Shown here: positions 29,301 to 29,942 of the stretch, piece after piece | Layout: every line of letters begins with the position of its first letter | How positions within the stretch are numbered: the first letter of the stretch is position 1 | NCBI GenBank assembly: GCA_036351155.1 | Contig: JAZBOO010000235.1 | Span: forward strand, 1-29,942 | Length of the DNA: 29,942 nucleotides | From: Candidatus Krumholzibacteriia bacterium | GTDB lineage: Bacteria > Krumholzibacteriota > Krumholzibacteriia > LZORAL124-64-63 | Direction: 5' to 3' | Made by a program: the position numbers and the translations under genes | Notes under the pieces: generated by a model | Seen by the model: only the letters and a program-made list of their open reading frames with translations | What the model was told of the DNA's origin: nothing | The model's database searches: none

Positions 29301-29942
29301 GGCTGGAATGATACACATCAGCCGCCTGGGGCTTGGAGGTCCACAACGCCAGAGTGGGATCGCCAAGCAAGGTGTAGTTTTCGAAGGTCCAGCGGTCGAC
29401 GTAGTTGTAAATGGTGTTGGCCAGGAAGGGCAAACGGCTGAGGGCCACCAGACGGCCCACCCGGTTTTCCTCTTCACAGTACAGCAGACGGAAAAACTCT
29501 TGCTGGTAGTTGTTGGAAGTGTTGGGAAAGGCCGCACGCGCGGAACCGATACTGATGACCGATCCCCCGTTGGCGTTCTGCATGAATCGCTCCATGAGAC
29601 AGGAGTAGTCGAAGGCACACGACGCACAGTTTAGCGAGAACAGGACGAAGGGACGATCGGTGTTGGTCAGATTGTCAGCATCCGAAGTCCGAAAATTTCC
29701 GTCACCCACCGACATGTTGAAGTAATAGCCATGCCCGATTTGATTGAAGATCCCGTAATGTCCCGTGTTCAGGGAGTCCACGAGGGCGTCCTTGGTCAGG
29801 GGGGCGTCCATGGGGAAAAGAGCGTCGGTCTCGTACATCCGCGTCTTGCTCATGTCCGTGCAGGGATCCACCAGGTCGTTGACCATCTGGTCGGAGAACT
29901 GGGCACCGTCCAGGGTGATGAGTCCACCCGGGATGTATTCGG
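26386..29942 (-). CDS. large secreted C25 (gingipain-family) cysteine peptidase with Ig-like, FN3, FG-GAP propeller and FlgD/T9SS-like C-terminal domain; 5' end lies outside the window
   Basis: The frame stays open to the window end. NQIGHG and SLNCASCAFD (His/Cys dyad), YTLLGDP, eight D.DGDG..EIV-type repeats, PYPNPFNPST...WDGRN...SGLYF...KMTLVK. Confidence 0.88.
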   Translation of the reverse strand, partial: EYIPGGLITLDGAQFSDQMVNDLVDPCTDMSKTRMYETDALFPMDAPLTKDALVDSLNTGHYGIFNQIGHGYYFNMSVGDGNFRTSDADNLTNTDRPFVLFSLNCASCAFDYSCLMERFMQNANGGSVISIGSARAAFPNTSNNYQQEFFRLLYCEEENRVGRLVALSRLPFLANTIYNYVDRWTFENYTLLGDPTLALWTSKPQAADVYHSSLQLGPNSFVVSVSQGVMPVRDAIISLSRAGEDLAVGVTDVNGQATLDYLVAGEGEVTMTVTGRNLAFQSRAVPVNDGQTFLVASGMIVQDDGGFGSSGNGNGVMEAGEVVALWPTLQETAGAGTGGIDAVFSCEDPLVEIVDGEMDFAPVLGGGTTQGSQPLIVLLDSALPDGHPVTFDVSTTHDGGGPNISRWETVVKAPENEVVSLTWEDDTYGNGDGVLDSGERVVLSVAVKNFGAGTSSPLSAVLRTDNSNVAVFDSLSSFDALELMETGMSATSFSLLLNDNTRKSESRIVLEDSYGRTIVHDFYLQRPAAPEIIETDTSLGADVIALRWSPSSSPDVRGYHVYRSPVEGGPFLQINTDLVQGVSYYRDEGLNLLTRYFYRVASVDSTLVASEPSFMVAQSTAPAENGGFPVPFLNETSGHLAVGDVDGDGDEEIVLASDEVYIWHHDGSELLDGDADSQTLGQFTNLTTILEPSGVTLAQLDDQSGMELVVSERGNADAIHVFGKDGNELPGWPQTLSGLPGTDWNWATPAVGDVDGDGDPEIVVLTVNGVLWVWHADGTELRDGDNNSATNGVFLIRDGASSEWSHCSPALYDLDGDGAQDIIFGTKTDSSGLKRLMALRYDGTDVPGFPYITEGAIDNSPALGDLNNDGVMEIVFYDWSQRVYAVQQDGSDYPGFPVQYGIGGSMSPAPSVALGDMDADGELEIVFAVNVTGLESRLLIFDTDVNGGTSGDLMAGWPKVLPGSSEGSPVLGDIDGDSMPDILYGIGGGNEDAPDNLYAFHADGQPIDGFPITLTGPAMPSPVICDLDHDMDVDIVYGGWDRVVHVWDMPFAYDRRNVPWPTFQGNMRRDGVFFPIGLVPVEDTPDQVPTAFQVGKPYPNPFNPSTSVRLYVPGGPGAGQLELAVYDLQGRKVRMLHQGAIAPGWHTLVWDGRNDRGEGQSSGLYFLRARSARSTAIHKMTLVK

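Overview
GC-rich bacterial chromosomal window with about 28 genes, nearly all on the minus strand. A C-terminal PNPFNP/FlgD-type sorting domain on a C25 protease, together with LPS heptosyltransferases, suggests a diderm FCB-group lineage such as Latescibacterota/Krumholzibacteriota (inference). Reading the minus strand from the right: a partial secreted C25 (gingipain-family) protease with an FG-GAP propeller; an orphan family-5 ABC substrate-binding lipoprotein; a metzincin lipoprotein; a coiled-coil/histone-H1-like/winged-helix basic protein; hinT (plus strand); a PfkB kinase; lexA plus a degenerate Y-family polymerase-like gene; hsp20-lon; an LPS/glycan cluster (three GT9, gmhB, DUF3108, a GT-C membrane glycosyltransferase, a phosphoglycosyl transferase, acpS); PhzF-like; acyl-CoA dehydrogenase; a TPR protein; aroQ-efp-accB; pilT/pilU; accC; and a probable ftsK 5' end. 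No rRNA, tRNA, CRISPR or transposase was seen. Most notable: (1) an SOS cassette whose lexA promoter carries four 11-bp-periodic TTTC(G) direct repeats, a candidate new LexA box; (2) its partner, a catalytically dead, apparently finger-less PolY with clamp-binding and RecA-NT-like motifs and no adjacent imuA/dnaE2; (3) a Rok/H-NS-like nucleoid-protein architecture; (4) a perfect 20-bp inverted repeat enclosing a terminator between pilT and accC; (5) a TGG-N10-TGCTTGCA motif shared upstream of pilT and accC. All assignments come from reading motifs by eye; no database searches were run.
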